Shown: positions 36,228 through 49,115 of the stretch, piece after piece | Position numbering within the stretch: the first letter of the stretch is position 1 | How the letters are laid out: each line of letters starts with the position of its first letter | Assembly (NCBI GenBank): GCA_977017645.1 | Contig: OZ360240.1 | Span: 75,826,001-75,890,000, forward strand | DNA from: Torpedo marmorata | Taxonomy: Eukaryota | Direction: 5' to 3' | DNA length: 64,000 bases | Translations under genes and position numbers: made by a program | Notes under the pieces: generated by a model | Database searches by the model: none | Seen by the model: the letters and a program-made list of their open reading frames with translations, nothing else | Told to the model about the DNA's origin: nothing

Positions 36228-36779
36228 TATAGTGACTTCAATCCAACAAATAGTCACTTGGAGGCTAGGTGAGATACTTGTTCTTGACGCATTTCAATTA
36301 ATTTACTAACAAAGTCCAATATGTTCAAAATGTTTATCAACACATGATGACTTGTAGCAATCTTCAATAACTTAAATATCTTCTTTAATGAAATATAAAC
36401 AGTTCTTGATAACGATGATCAACAACGATTCTTCAAAACATCTATAAACTTCCTTAAAACGTTACATTAAACATTCTTTTGACGTTCTTTTGACGGTCAA
36501 TGAAAGATGTAGCGATCTCACTCATCCTCCTCAGCCGCCATCTTTTTCTAATCCTTTTTCCCCGATTCGCACATGCTCCAACCGCGCATACTCCACTGCG
36601 CATACTCCACCGTGCATACTCCACCGCGCATATTGCCGTAACTTCCCAACTGCGCATGCGCCCGTCGGCACTCTTGCGCATGTGCAGAGTACTAAATAGG
36701 CCCAGAACGACCTACTAAACACCGTGAATCCTCCGAACCCCGCTGAGACCATCAGAACGCCGCGATGAAGGTAAGTAAC
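36228..36779 (-). repeat. BEL 5' LTR
   Basis: Direct repeat of 29950-30522; carries TGCGCATGCGC (NRF1-type) and AAGATGGCGG (YY1-type) motifs. Confidence 0.93.
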
Positions 36780-36795
36780 TAATCCTATGGCTCTT

Positions 36796-37023
36796 ACAGG
36801 CCCTTTCAGCCCACGAGCTCGTGCCACCCAATTACACCCAATTAACCTACAACCCCCGGTACGTTTCGAACGGTGGGAGGAAACCGGAGCCCCCGGGGAA
36901 AACCCACGCAGACACGGGGAGAACGTACAAACTCCTTACAGACAGCGCGGGAATCAAACCCCTTTCCCAATTGCTGGCGCTATAACAGTGCTGCGCTAAC
37001 CGTTATGCTAACCGTGCCGCCCT
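36796..37023 (-). mobile_element. V-SINE body
   Basis: V-domain and tRNA-like head. Confidence 0.88.
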
Positions 37024-37078
37024 AAAATTGATGTCTAAGATCGTGTATTATGTTTGATTCTGTACACTCCATGTACAG

Positions 37079-40000
37079 TGTAGTGATAGAGTGCTATTGA
37101 TACTCCTGACCACTAGAAGGAGTCAGAGACTAGTTTGTTGCAACTCGTTTGGATTCAAGATGGATGCCTCCACACGGTCATGAGTTCTATAGCTAATAAA
37201 GTATAGTTGTTTTAAAATAACCCAAGTTTCTTTATTACAATAAAAGAAACATCACATGGTACCAGGAGTGAGAATCAGTCGATAGCAGCAGAGAAATGGA
37301 AAGTGTGAAGGTTCCTGATGCTGTAAATTGGACTGGAAATGTCGACCACGAGTGGAGGTTGTTCAAACAAAGATTCATGTTGTACCTGCAAGCCATTGGA
37401 GTCGATAGCAAACCTGATGCACGGAAGATTGCACTGCTACTTACCGTGGCGGGACCTCAAGCACTAAAGGTTTTCAATACATTTGTTTTTGACGAGGCAG
37501 AAGACCAGGACAAGTTTGACAAGGTTATCGAGATGTTTGATGAACACCGTTCACCAAAGAAAAATGAAACATTCGAGAGGTATGTGCTTCACTCGCGCAC
37601 CAGCTGCAGGGAGAGAGCTTTGATACTTTTTTAACGGACTTGAAATTAAAAACAAGAACATGCAATTTTAGATCGCTACAAGATTCAATGATCCGTGATC
37701 AAATTGTGTTCGGGATTATTGATAAGAAAGTGAGAGAGAGGTTGCTACGAGAGACAAAGCTTACCTTAGCTGGAGCTGTGAAGATATGCCACGCCAGTGA
37801 ATTAGCTCTGCAGCATGCGAAAAAGTTCAGTGATAGTGCAAAAGCCAGTGAAAACGAAGGCATAGCCGTAGCCACAGTGTCGGGACACACGCACAAACAA
37901 AAAATGAGATATAGGAAACAACAAAAAGATGGAGAGACATTCATTTGCAAACAACGTGGCACTCAACATGCACCAAAACAATGCCCCGCCTATGGAAAAG
38001 TCTGTAATAAGTGCAAAGGGCAGAATCATTATGCAAAGCAATGTTTTTCCAAAGGGAAACAAAACAGAAGTGAAAGCATGCACACTGTACACACTATAGA
38101 AGAAAATGCCCTCAGTGATACATTTTTTGTGGGCATGGTAGTGCAGAAAGACTATAAACCAACAGACACTGAACAGCCAAGCGTGAACAGCGTCGAGCAG
38201 GACAAGTGGACTGTGTCATTACATACAAATGGAACAAATATTCCTTTCAAGCTGGACACAGGGGCAATGGTCAATTTGATCTGTGAGCGCGACATCAGGG
38301 CAATGAAGATAAAGCCATACATCCATGCAAATCCTGTACAGCTCAAAGCCTACAATGGACAGAGCATCGACACGAAAGGTACATGTAAACTCAAGGTGAA
38401 AGTTAAAGATAAAGAGCACCACCTCAGGTTCACAGTAGTCCCAGATGGACATTATTCACTGCTTGGTGACAAAGCATGTGAAAACTTAAGCCTAGTCAAG
38501 AGGGTGTACCACATTATCAGCGCCAATGCATGGAACAGTGTAGAGGAAATACTGGATCAATTTCCAGACATCTTCAAGGGGTTTGGAGTTCAACCATTCA
38601 CCTATATGATACAGTTAAAGGAGGACACACAGCCAGTAGTGCATGCTCCAAGGCGGGTTCCAGCGCCACTAAAAGAAAAGCTCAAGCAGAAACTCGACTG
38701 AATGATGTGACTAGGGGTCATAAAGAAAGTGGAGGAGCCCACAGAATGGGTGAATTCAATGGTTTGTGTCAAAAAGAAGAACAGTGACCGACGCGTGTGC
38801 ATGGACCCAAAAGACTTGATTGTCAATATAAAGAGGAAACATTATCAGATTCCGACCAGGGATGAAATTACAAGTCAGATGGCCGGTGCAAACCTTTCAC
38901 TAAATTGGATTCATCCCAGGGCTTCTGGAAAATAAAACTGCATGAAGATAGCACAAAATACTGTACATTTAATACACCGTTTGGCCGATACTCCTGTCTG
39001 AGGATGCCTTTTGGAATTTCCTCAGCTCCGGAAGTGTTCCACAGGACAATGGAGCACATCATAGAAGGCATAAATGGGGTACGTGTGTACATGGATGACA
39101 TGATCCTATGGGGATCCACACAAGAACAACACAACGAGAGGGTCATCAAAGTGCTACAACGCATCCAGAAGTATGGATTAAAGTTAAACAGAGAAAACTG
39201 TCAGTTTGGTGTGAAGGAAATCACCTTTCTGGGAGATAAACTGTCAGAGGCAGGTGTGGAGCCAGACAAGAGCAAGGTGAAAGCAATTTTAGAGATGACC
39301 AGACCCACTGACAAAAAAGGCATATTGAGAGTGCTGGGAATGATCAAGTTCATTGGTAAATTCATACCAAACCTGTCTTCCAAAACAATGTACCTAAAGA
39401 GGTTGTTACAGGACAAATGTGAATTCAAGTGGACAGACAACCTCGAGTAAGAATGGGGACGACTGAAGACCATTCTAACTACAGAACCAGTGCTTTTGAC
39501 ATTCTTTGAAGCATCCAGAAGGACGAAAATATCTACGGACACTTCAAAAGATGGAATAGGTACCATACTACTTCAGGCTGTGGGAGAAGATTGGAGGCCA
39601 GTAGCATACGCATCAAGGACGATGATAACATCTGAATGTCGATATGAACAGATCGAGAAAGAGTGTCTAGGTCTGGTCTATGGACTCGAGAAATTCCACA
39701 TTTATTTGTATGGTCTACCAACATTCATGGCAGAGACAGACCACAAGCCATTAATAGCGATAATCAAGAACAATCTCAGTGAAATGTCGCCACGAATCCA
39801 AAGACTGATGATGAAGCTACAACGTTATGACTTTGAATTGGTTTACACACCAGGGAAACTTATTGTGCTGGCTGATACGTTATCCAGGGCAACGACGCAG
39901 AGTGAAGCACACAATGAGAGTTTCACAGAGACAGATGTGAATCTCCACGTGAACCTGATCACTGAATCTCTTCCCGTATCTAACATGAAATCCAAACAGA

Positions 40001-41582
40001 TCACAGCTGAAACAGAAAAGGACACAGTTCTACAGAAGGTCATCAAGAATCTGAATGAAGGATGGCCTAGAGGTGAATGTCAGCCATACTACAACATCAG
40101 AGCTGAGCTGAGTGTTGTCAATGGGCTTCTTCTCAGACAGAGCAGAATTGTCATTCCTCAATCACTGCGACAAGAGATGCTGAAAATGGTGCATGAGGGG
40201 CACCTTGGAATGGAAAAATGCAAGAGGAGGGCCAGAACTGCTGTTTATTGGCCAGAGATAAACGCTGACATTGACAGGATGGTTTCCAGCTGTGAGACCT
40301 GTTTGAAACATCACGCAAAGCAGACAAAGGAACCCATGATAATAACTGACTTACCAGCAGAACCATGGCAGAAAGTTAGGACTGATCTATTCCACATGGA
40401 TGGAAATAATTACTTGCTGCTTATTATCTATCGAACTATCCGGAGATTGCGCTGCCTCATGCTTGTGTGATCAAATATATGAAATCGATCTTTGCAAGAC
40501 ATGGAATTCCTCAAATTGTCTACGGTGACAATGGACCATGCTACAGCTGTAGAGAATTCCAGAACTTTGCAGAAGAGTATGATTTTCAACATGTGACTTC
40601 AAGTCCTCTGCATCCACAGTCAAACGGTAAAGCAGAGAAAGGAGTTCATATAGTTAAACAGTTGCTCAAGAAAGCACCAGACAGTGGCTCAGATCCTTAT
40701 CTAGCTCTATTGAGTTACAGAGCTTCCCCCCTTGAACATGGCATGTCACCCGCTGAGCTTCTGATGGGACGTAGACTACGCACAACACTTCCCCACTTTG
40801 CAGAACAGAGATGTCAAACGGAAACAAAAGCGTCTGCAATGCAGACAAAAAGCAAACTATGACACGACAGCAAGAAGCTTAGGAATGCCTAACCTGAAGA
40901 AGTTCGCGTTTGCTCTCCGAAGGGAGTTCTGTGGGATTCTCTCTCACTGCTCCCCATCTAACGAGGGATGACACAGTGAAACTCAGAGATTCCAACACTT
41001 GGGACAAAAAGGCTACTGTTCTGGAAGAAGTAAATCCAATATCCTGCACTGTCAGAACAGAGGATGGTCAAATACTGAGAAGGAATCGAAAGATCCTGCT
41101 GAAAACGCAAGAGACACTGCAGGAACAGATAAATGCAGAAGATCCAGCCTGCACAGCAACAGAGGAAACACCAGCAGTGCTAGACAGTAGTGGACCAGCA
41201 GAGCTGACAGAAGCACCTGTGTTAAGAAGATCCACACGTGTTATCAAAGCACCTGACAGGCTGAATCTCTAAAAGAAAAAGAACTGCACACTTAAAAAGT
41301 TTGTGCTGCTGATGTTGTGTTTACGTTTGTGTTGAACTTTAAATTGAAATGAATACTGTATTAGTGTGTCATGTTGTTAGATTAAACATCTCAAGGAAAG
41401 GGGATGTAGTGATAGAGTGCTAGTGATACTCCTGACCACTAGAGGGAGTCGGAGACTAGTTTGTTGCAACTCATTTGGATTCAAGATGGATACCTCCACA
41501 CGGTCATGAGTTCTATAGCTAATAAAGTATAGTTGTTATAAAAGAACCCAAGTTTCTTTATTACAATAAAAGAAACATCACA
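37079..41582 (+). mobile_element. Full-length Gypsy LTR retrotransposon (short LTRs), disrupted ORFs
   Basis: LTRs 37079-37256 and 41405-41582 (7 differences in 178 bp by eye); TSD TACAG (37074-37078, 41583-41587); purine-rich PPT 41393-41404; gag 37296, protease KLDTGA, RT YMDD (38905-39450), RNase H and Zn finger (39490-40470), integrase DNGP..SNGKAE (40467-40862). Confidence 0.96.
37257..37270 (+). promoter_or_regulatory. tRNA primer-binding site (tRNA-Leu-like)
   Basis: TGGTACCAGGAGTG directly after the LTR, complementary to a tRNA-Leu(TAA) 3' end as recalled. Confidence 0.75.
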
Positions 41583-41649
41583 TACAGTATATGATATGAT
41601 TATGTATTGTATAATGTGTACTGGTTGTATCACAGCCTGGTTTGGTAAT

Positions 41650-42120
41650 TTGAGTGCCCACAAATGCAAACATGGCCAGGACATCACAGGCTCCAACCTC
41701 CCATCTATTGCAGACATCACATGAAAGGCAGCCAACATCATAAAGGACCCCTATCACCCTGGTCACAACCTCTTCTCACTGCTCCCTTTGGGCAGAAGAC
41801 CTCGAGGTTCAAGAATAGTTTCTTTTCAATGGCTATCAGGCTCTTGAACCTCCTATTGTTACACAGACAGACAAGGTCATTACTCTGACACCACAACAGG
41901 ACTCTCTGCACTATTGTAATGCCACTTTTTTTTCTCTTGCTCTGGATAACTATGAATATTTATTAACTTCATATTTTTTGTATTTATTAGCTATTTTTAA
42001 TTTAATAATAATATTGTAGTTTTTTTTTTAAACAAAGTACCTGTTCGGCTGCAGCAAGTAAAAAAGTTGGTGCATCTGTACATTGTACAACATGCATGAC
42101 AATAAACCCATCATCATCTT
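41650..42120 (+). mobile_element. Rex1-type 3' fragment
   Basis: RFKNSFFSMAIRLLN; tail GACAATAAACCCATCATCATC. Confidence 0.65.
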
Positions 42121-42453
42121 ATTATCTTATCCATGCTTTTGATGTCATTAACCCTTGGTGCAGTTTCTTGCTGCTCTATGAATTACTGGTGTGATGTTTT
42201 GGGGCAATCAGTACCCTTCTGCAAGCAGCTTATCTTCAGAAGTGAACCGCTGTGTGTGGCCTGACCTATTCAGTCTGCATCCAAGACCATCTGCATGGAC
42301 TTGTGGTGACTGGTCGATACAGAGCAGACAGGCGACATGGAGGTGTCCCTTGAAGACAAGTCATTGCAGATAAGGATGAATATTGTTTCAGACAGGAAGA
42401 AAAGTGAAAATGGAGGGACTGGCGATGGTGTGGACCTGAGTGGTGTGGACACC

Positions 42454-42798
42454 GCTTCCCTCTAAGCTGTGCGCGTGTGCGCACGCACACACATTTTGCA
42501 ACCAGCGCACAGAGGAAATTAATGTGCGCACAAACTGAACAAAGTAGTTCAAAGTATAGAACAAAATCTTAACTAAATACGTTACTTTGTAGAATGCAAT
42601 CATACTTGTATTATATTAAAACATGCCAATACAGTTTTATTAGCCATGAGAGATAGGCTGTGCCAAAATTATCTTGAAACAATTTCAAGTTTACATTTGC
42701 ACAAGCATTCAGTGTGTACATACTTCTGTCACAGGAAAAAAATTTGCACAACATAAGATTTTTGCGCACACTGACTACTAAAATGAGAGGGAACATTG
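42454..42798. mobile_element. hAT-type MITE
   Basis: Ends TTCCCTCTAAGCTG and GAGAGGGAACATTG; 8-bp near-TSD GTGTGGAC/GTGGGGAC; left TIR eroded. Confidence 0.55.
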
Positions 42799-42899
42799 GT
42801 GGGGACACCTCTTCCAGCGCTCCTCAACATGGTGCAGTGGCACATCATTAGACCGACAGTCTCGTACAGGTTTAAATCACCTGCAGAAGTGGGGTTGGT

Positions 42900-43475
42900 G
42901 GTTTTTTTTAAATAGCGGAGAAACAATGGAGCTCCGTGCTACAGAAGGCGGTGCCCATTCTCAGCAGCCTAAACCACGAGGGTTGTGGGTTCTGGGGAGC
43001 ACCAGAGCAGGAGAACACCCCCCACCCACCCTGCTGAGAAGGAGAAGCATGAGAGAGGACCCCACAGGGTGGGAGACCACACCAGCAGACCAGCGAGAGG
43101 CTCAGCGGACAAAGGACTCACACCAGTCTGCAGGGTGCTGGCGACCAGCTCATGGGAATCAGGTATGGGGACTGGGATCTGTGAGGGTGCCGATGACGAG
43201 CAGGGCTCCCGAAGGGTATCATCTGCTGACATCTTCCTGATCGTATTGGCGGTTGGGAACCAGGGGCCGAGGAGGGAGACTCGGACGCCTGGAGCTCGGG
43301 TTCACCGCTGGACCGGACAGGAGGCCGCAACACCAGGGGAAGTGGCGGGATTCCCGGACACTCGATGTCTCTGAGGGACTCTCTCTTCTTGGTGGGGACA
43401 CTGGACTATTGGTACCCCTTACAGGCAAACAAAAGTAAACAAAGTTTTTATGTACATGACAATAAACCTTGAACA
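42900..43475 (+). mobile_element. Non-autonomous retroposon with Rex1-like tail (distant relative of 3053-3780)
   Basis: GC-rich body ending GGGACTCTCTCTT..TTACAGGCAAACAAAAG..GACAATAAACCTTGAA. Confidence 0.45.
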
Positions 43476-43744
43476 GCATTTCCGGTTGTATATGTACAGT
43501 TAGATGATAATCAACTTGAAGTTGAGAAAAGTATAGAACGTTCTTTCCTCCAAATGTAGAGCGTAGAGCGAGAGCATAGAAACTGGTCTTCGGTTTACTG
43601 ACTCTGTGTCAACCACCCATTTACACGGATCCTACACTCACCCCATATTGTTTCTGCCACATTCCATCTCCCCCACCCCCACCCCCCGCCCAACCCCCCC
43701 CAGATTCAACACTTCTCCCACACATCACAACTCCACCCTGAGCT

Positions 43745-44910
43745 AAACTGTTCTCACATCTAATTCCAATTTCCGGCCTTTTCCCCATATCCCTTGATAC
43801 CCTGACTAATTAGATACCTATCAATCTCCTCCTTAAAATCCCCCAAAGATTGGGCCTCCACAGCTGTATGTTGCAACGAATTCCACAAATCCACGATCCA
43901 CTGGCTAAAGAAATTCCTCCTCATCTCGGTTCTAAATGGGTACCTTTTAATTCTAAGACTAGCATCTGAATCTTCCTGACTAACCTCCCATGTGAGACCT
44001 TGTCAAGGGCCTTACTGAAGTCCATGTGGACAACATCCACAGCCTTTCCTTTGTCAACTTTCCTGGCAACCTCCTCTAAAAACTCCAAAAGATTGGTTAA
44101 ACATGACCTACCACGCACAAAGCCATGTTGACTATTCCTAATCAGTTTCTGGCTATCCAAATAATTGTATATCCAATCTCTTAGAACACCTTCCAATAAT
44201 TTACCTACTACTGACGTCAGGTTCACCGGCCTATAATTTCCAGGGTTACTTTTGGAGCCTTTTTTAAACAACGGAACAACATGAGCTACCCTCAAATCCT
44301 CTGGCACCACACCCGTGGCAAAGGATATTTTAAATATTTCTTCCAGAGCCCCTGCAATTTCTACACTCGCCTCCCTCAATGTCCAAGGAAATATCTTGTC
44401 AGGCCCTGGGCATGTATCCACCCTTATTTGCTTTAAGACAATAAACACTTCCTCCTCTTTAATCTGTATAGGTTCCATGGCCTCACTGCTTGTTTTCCTT
44501 ACTTCCCACGACTCTGTGCCTGTTTCCTGAGTGAATACTGATGAAAAAAAACATTTAAGACCTCCCCCATCTCTTCTGGCTCCATACAAAGCCGACCACT
44601 CTGATTTTTAAGGGGACTAATTTTGTCCCTTACTATCCTTTTGCTCTTAATATACCTGCAGAAACCCTTAAAATTTTCCTTCACATTGTCTGCCAGAGCA
44701 ACCTCGTGTTTTTTTAGACTTCCTGATTTCTTTCTTGAGGTTTTTCTTGCATTTTTTTGTACACCTCAAGTACCTCATTTGCTCCATGTTGCCTATACCT
44801 GTTGTACACCTCTCTCTTCTTCTGAACCAGATCCCCAATATCCCTCGAAAACCAAGGTTCCCTATCCCTGCGAACCTTGCCTTCAATCCTGACAGGAACA
44901 TACAAACTCT
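43745..44910 (-). mobile_element. CR1 ORF2 fragment with internal deletion
   Basis: ORF 43921-44589 (PGNYRPV, QHGFVRGRSCLTNL, DFSKALDKV) jumps to 3'-end sequence at ~43960. Confidence 0.88.
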
Positions 44911-45315
44911 GGACATCTTCAGGTGTCTTTTTTTATAAATCTCATTTTCATGGACTAAAATCCAAAGCTTTGACTTCCTTAAATGTCATCCACACGAGAA
45001 ACAAACTCTGTCAATCGCTAATTTTTAATTAATTGCAGCGTGAAAATGTACATTTCATGTTCTGATTTGGCAAAGAACTGCAGAATGAACATGTACGTTC
45101 TTCAATATAAAAGTCTTCACTCGCTGCAGCTCCATTAAAGCGAATCTCTGATACATGAACAAGCCACCAACTTGACCCCCTCCTAAATACCTTCAGGGGG
45201 ATTATCTTACCTGTCAGCAGAAGCAATATTAAGCTGCAAATCCACTACCACCAAGGTAAATATTACACTCATGAATGACCTCAATTCTAGCTCTGCAGAA
45301 CATTGATCATTTTAA

Positions 45316-45857
45316 GTAAAAACACAAAATGCTGGAGAAGCTCAGCAGGTCAAACAGTGTCTTTTATGTAGCAAAGGTAGAAATACATAACCAACGTTTC
45401 AGGCTTGAACCCTTCATCAAAGTATGAGAAAATGCCGGCAGGCATCCGAATAAAAGAGTTGGGGGGAGGGGGAAGGGGGGTGGCAAAGGCAGGAGATGAT
45501 AGGTGGAGAAAGGAGGGAGGGGACAGCAGCAAAGAGGGGGAGGAGGGATGGCTGGGTGGGTGGAAAAACTGGAAGGACAGGTGAGGGGGGAGGGGAAGGA
45601 AAAGGTGAGCAGGTTTAGTGGAAAGCAGATAAGTCAATGTTAATGCCATCTGGCTGGAGAGTGCCCAGACGGAAAATGAGATGTTGTTCCTCCAATTTGC
45701 GGGTAGTCTGGGTGGGATAGTACATAAGGCCATGGACAGACATGTGAGTGTGGGAGTGTGACTCGGAATTGAAATGGTTGGCTACTGGGAGGTCTCCCAA
45801 TCTACAACCGGTCTCTCCGATGTAGAGAATGCCACAAAGGGAGCACCGGATGCAGTA
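45316..45857 (-). mobile_element. Penelope 3' fragment (same family as 26516-28055)
   Basis: ORF 45615-45800 almost identical to 27495-27722; hammerhead motif at 45389-45424. Confidence 0.9.
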
Positions 45858-46010
45858 CTTTCATCATTTTAATGTTTGTTAAGTTTTCAGCAAAGACTAT
45901 TAACCCTTTACTTGGCAGCAGGGTGCCAGTGCGCAGTGTGGCAGATGGCCCTCTGGGCTGGAGAGTGAGGTGTGTTGGGAAGGACTTGTTGGTTGAAAAG
46001 ATGATGTGAA

Positions 46011-47200
46011 AGGGGTGCAGGGAGGGAAGGAGAGATGGAGGAGGAGTGCAGGGAAGGAAGGAGAGATGGAGGAGGGGTGCAGGGAAGGAAGCAGAGACGG
46101 AGGAGGGGTGCAGGGAAGGAAGGAGAGATGGAGGAGAGGTGCAGGGAAGGAAGGAGAGATGGAGGAGGGGTGCAGGGAAGGAAGGAGAGATGGAGGAGAG
46201 GTGCAGGGAGGGAAGGAGAGATGGAGGAGAGGTGCAGGGAAGGAAGGAGAGATGGAGGAGGGGTGCAGGGAAAGAAGCAGAGATGGAGGAGGGGTGCAGG
46301 GGAGGAAGGAGAGATGGAGGAGAGGTGCAGGGAAGGAAGGAGAGATGGAGGAGGGGTGCAGGGAAGGAAGGAGAGATGGAGGAGGGGTGCAGGGAAGGAA
46401 GGAGAGATGGAGGAGGGGTGCAGGGAAGGAAGGAGAGATGGAGGAGGGGTGCAGGGAAGGAAGGAGAGATGGAGGAGAGGTGCAGAGAAGGAAGGAGAGA
46501 TGGAGGAGAGGTGCAGGGAAGGAAGGAGAGATGGAGGAGGGGTGCAGGGAAGGAAGGAGAGATGGAGGAGAGGTGCAGGGAAGGAAGGAGAGATGGAGGA
46601 GGGGTGCAGGGAAGGAAGGAGAGATGGAGGAGGGGTGCAGGGAAGGAAGGAGAGATGGAGGAGAGGTGCAGGGAGGGAAGGAGAGATGGAGGAGGGGTGC
46701 AGGGAAGGAAGGAGAGATGGAGGAGGGGTGCAGGGAAGGAAGGAGAGATGGAGGAGAGGTGCAGGGAAGGAAGGAGAGGTGGAGGAGGGGTGCAGGGAAG
46801 GAAGGAGAGATGGAGGAGAGGTGCAGGGAAGGAAGGAGAGATGGAGGAGGGGTGCAAGGGTTGGTAGGAGAGATGGAGGAGGGGTGCAGGGAGGGAAGGA
46901 GAGATGGAGGAGGGGTGCAGGGAAGGAAGGAGAGATGGAGGAGGGGTGCAGGGAAGGAAGGAGAGATGGAGGAGGGGTGCAGGGAAGGAAGGAGAGATGG
47001 AGGAGGGGTGCAGGGAAGGAAGGAGAGATGGAGGAGGGGTGCAGGGAAGGAAGGAGAGATGGAGGAGCGGTGCAGGGAGGGAAGGAGAGATGGAGGAGAG
47101 GTGCAGGGAAGGAAGGAGAGATGGAGGAGCGGTGCAAGGAAGGAAGGAGAGATGGAGGAGAGGTGCAGGGAAGGAAGGAGAGATGGAGGAGCGGTGCAAG
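46011..47200. repeat. 31-bp purine-rich minisatellite (~38 copies)
   Basis: Unit GGAGAGATGGAGGAG(G/A)GGTGCAGGGAAGGAA. Confidence 0.96.
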
Positions 47201-48539
47201 GGTTGGAAGGAGGGGACGGGTTTGAGGGAAGGATGGGGTCAGAGAGAAAAGATTTGGGTATAGGGAGGAGAAGGGTGACAGGGAAGGAGAGAGTGGGCAC
47301 GGTGTCTGTTCCAGAGCCCACACCTTGGTGCACACAAGTACAGAAATGCTGTACCTCACTCTCTCAAGCTCATTGGAAGCTGGTAGGACAGAGATGGTGG
47401 AAAAAAATCAAGCACAGGTCACTTCTAGTCCTCAATGACAAGGCCCGAAACTGGGCCGTTCAGTAGTTGAGCTGCACGTGATGATCACGGTTTCTTTTCA
47501 CTGTATTAATCTTGAAATGTAATCAAAGACAAACATACAGTTTAAAGAAATAAAATACTCCTCTGCTCCGTCTATTTCCTGCTATGCTTACTTTACCAAT
47601 TCTCTCTTTTTAAACCTGTTTTTTAAAAAAGGTATTTATTGAGCATCAAAAACAACTTCGTTCACGTTATACAGATGTACATTGTGCTCCTGTTTTCTTT
47701 TTTTAACAGAAAAACCAACACACATATATACAAACGTTCACATACCACCCTCAGAAACACGCCCGGAACCCCACCCCCACCCCCCCGACCACGTTGGCAC
47801 CTTTGCTGACAGTATCATCGGTATATTACCGACTGTACCGGTACAACCGTCTCACAGTTAGTCTTTTACTCCATAAGCACTCGTAATTCAGAGAAAAAAC
47901 ACATAAAAGGTTGACATTTGTGAAACCTGTTTTGACATTTATATTTACAGCCTTCTCCCTGCCTAACTCACTTCAAAGAAAGATTTTTTATATATTTTAA
48001 ATGGACGTCTATTGGCTGTGAGCTTTTTTTATGGCAGTGGCAAAGCGATGAAATCATCATTATTTTTATTGTTATCAGCTCATCGGACATAATATCATGA
48101 CAGAGTATCAGGCTAGGTCATTAAGCCAATCAAGACTATCTCCCTATTTAGTTAGATCACAATCGATCCTCAAATTGTATTTGCATCATCTTCAAAGAAT
48201 TGTCAATTACATTGATTCAGCATCCACAGCTTTTTAGGGAGAAAGTTCAACATTTTTACTAGTCTGTGAGGGCCAATGTCGTTTTGGGAAATCAGTTGGT
48301 GCAGCTGCAATGTAAGATCCTGCCACCACCTACGTTTAGCAACCAAAAGGTCCTGTTCTATAGAATCCCTTGATTTCCTTTAGTGATTTCTGTTTAATCA
48401 ATGCTCAACTTTCTAAATTCATGAGAAATTGAATTTTTGCACCCTTCTTCGTGATTCAGTTCTTCAAGCCCAGTTTAATCTTGTTTCAAGGCCTAAGCTA
48501 ATGTTTGAAGGACAGTGCTCAGCTGAGATCAGAGACTCA

Positions 48540-49115
48540 GCTGGTGCCTAAACACCAGTTCCATAGTCAAGAAAGCCCAGCAGCGTCTTTACTTCCTGCG
48601 AAGACTGAGGAAAGTTCATCTCCCACCCACTATCCTTACTACATTCTACAGGGAACACATTGAGAGTATTCTGAGCAATAGCATCACCGCTTGGTTTGGA
48701 AACTGTACCATCTCGGACCGAAAGATCCTGCAGAGGATAGTGGGGTCAGCGGAGAAAATTATTGGAGTCTCTCTCCCCACCATGACAGACATCTACAACA
48801 CACGATGCATGAGGAAGGCTAAAAACATTGTGAAGGACTTCTCACACCCCTTTGGTAAACTGTTTTCCCTTTTGCCATCTGGAAGGAGGTACCGAAGCAC
48901 ACGGGCTCGTACGTCCAGACTGTGCAACAGTTTTTTCCCTCAAGCCATCAGGCTCCTCAATTCCTAGGTATATATGTGTATTAGCATGTTATAGTTTTTT
49001 CTATTGTATTATGATATTTATGTACATCTGCCCATGGTCCTGGAGAAACACTATCTCGTCTTACTGTGTATATGGTAATGAACGACAAATAAAGGTGACT
49101 TGACTTGACTTGACT
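48540..49115 (+). mobile_element. Rex1/Babar 3' fragment
   Basis: Near-identical to 29148-29715. Confidence 0.92.

Larger units (their letters stand above)
29950..36779 (-). mobile_element. BEL/Pao LTR retrotransposon, non-autonomous (no RT, RNase H or integrase core), two LTRs
   Basis: LTRs 29950-30522 and 36228-36779; PPT AGGGGCCGG before TGTTAC; Gag 34304-35314 (FDGDPLQY), three Zn knuckles in 33605-34276, protease FLDPGS ~33595-33612, RTKLGWTINGP, integrase C-terminus W.LGKI..GLVRQV..RPINK at 30723-30905. Confidence 0.93.

Noticed and set aside
40894-40922. Hammerhead core CTGAAGA..CGAA
   Set aside because: No convincing stem II and no GAAA-NUH arrangement.
45802-47466. Long ORFs (up to 486 aa) on both strands
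   Set aside because: Artefact of a stop-free 31-bp minisatellite; translations are periodic low-complexity.
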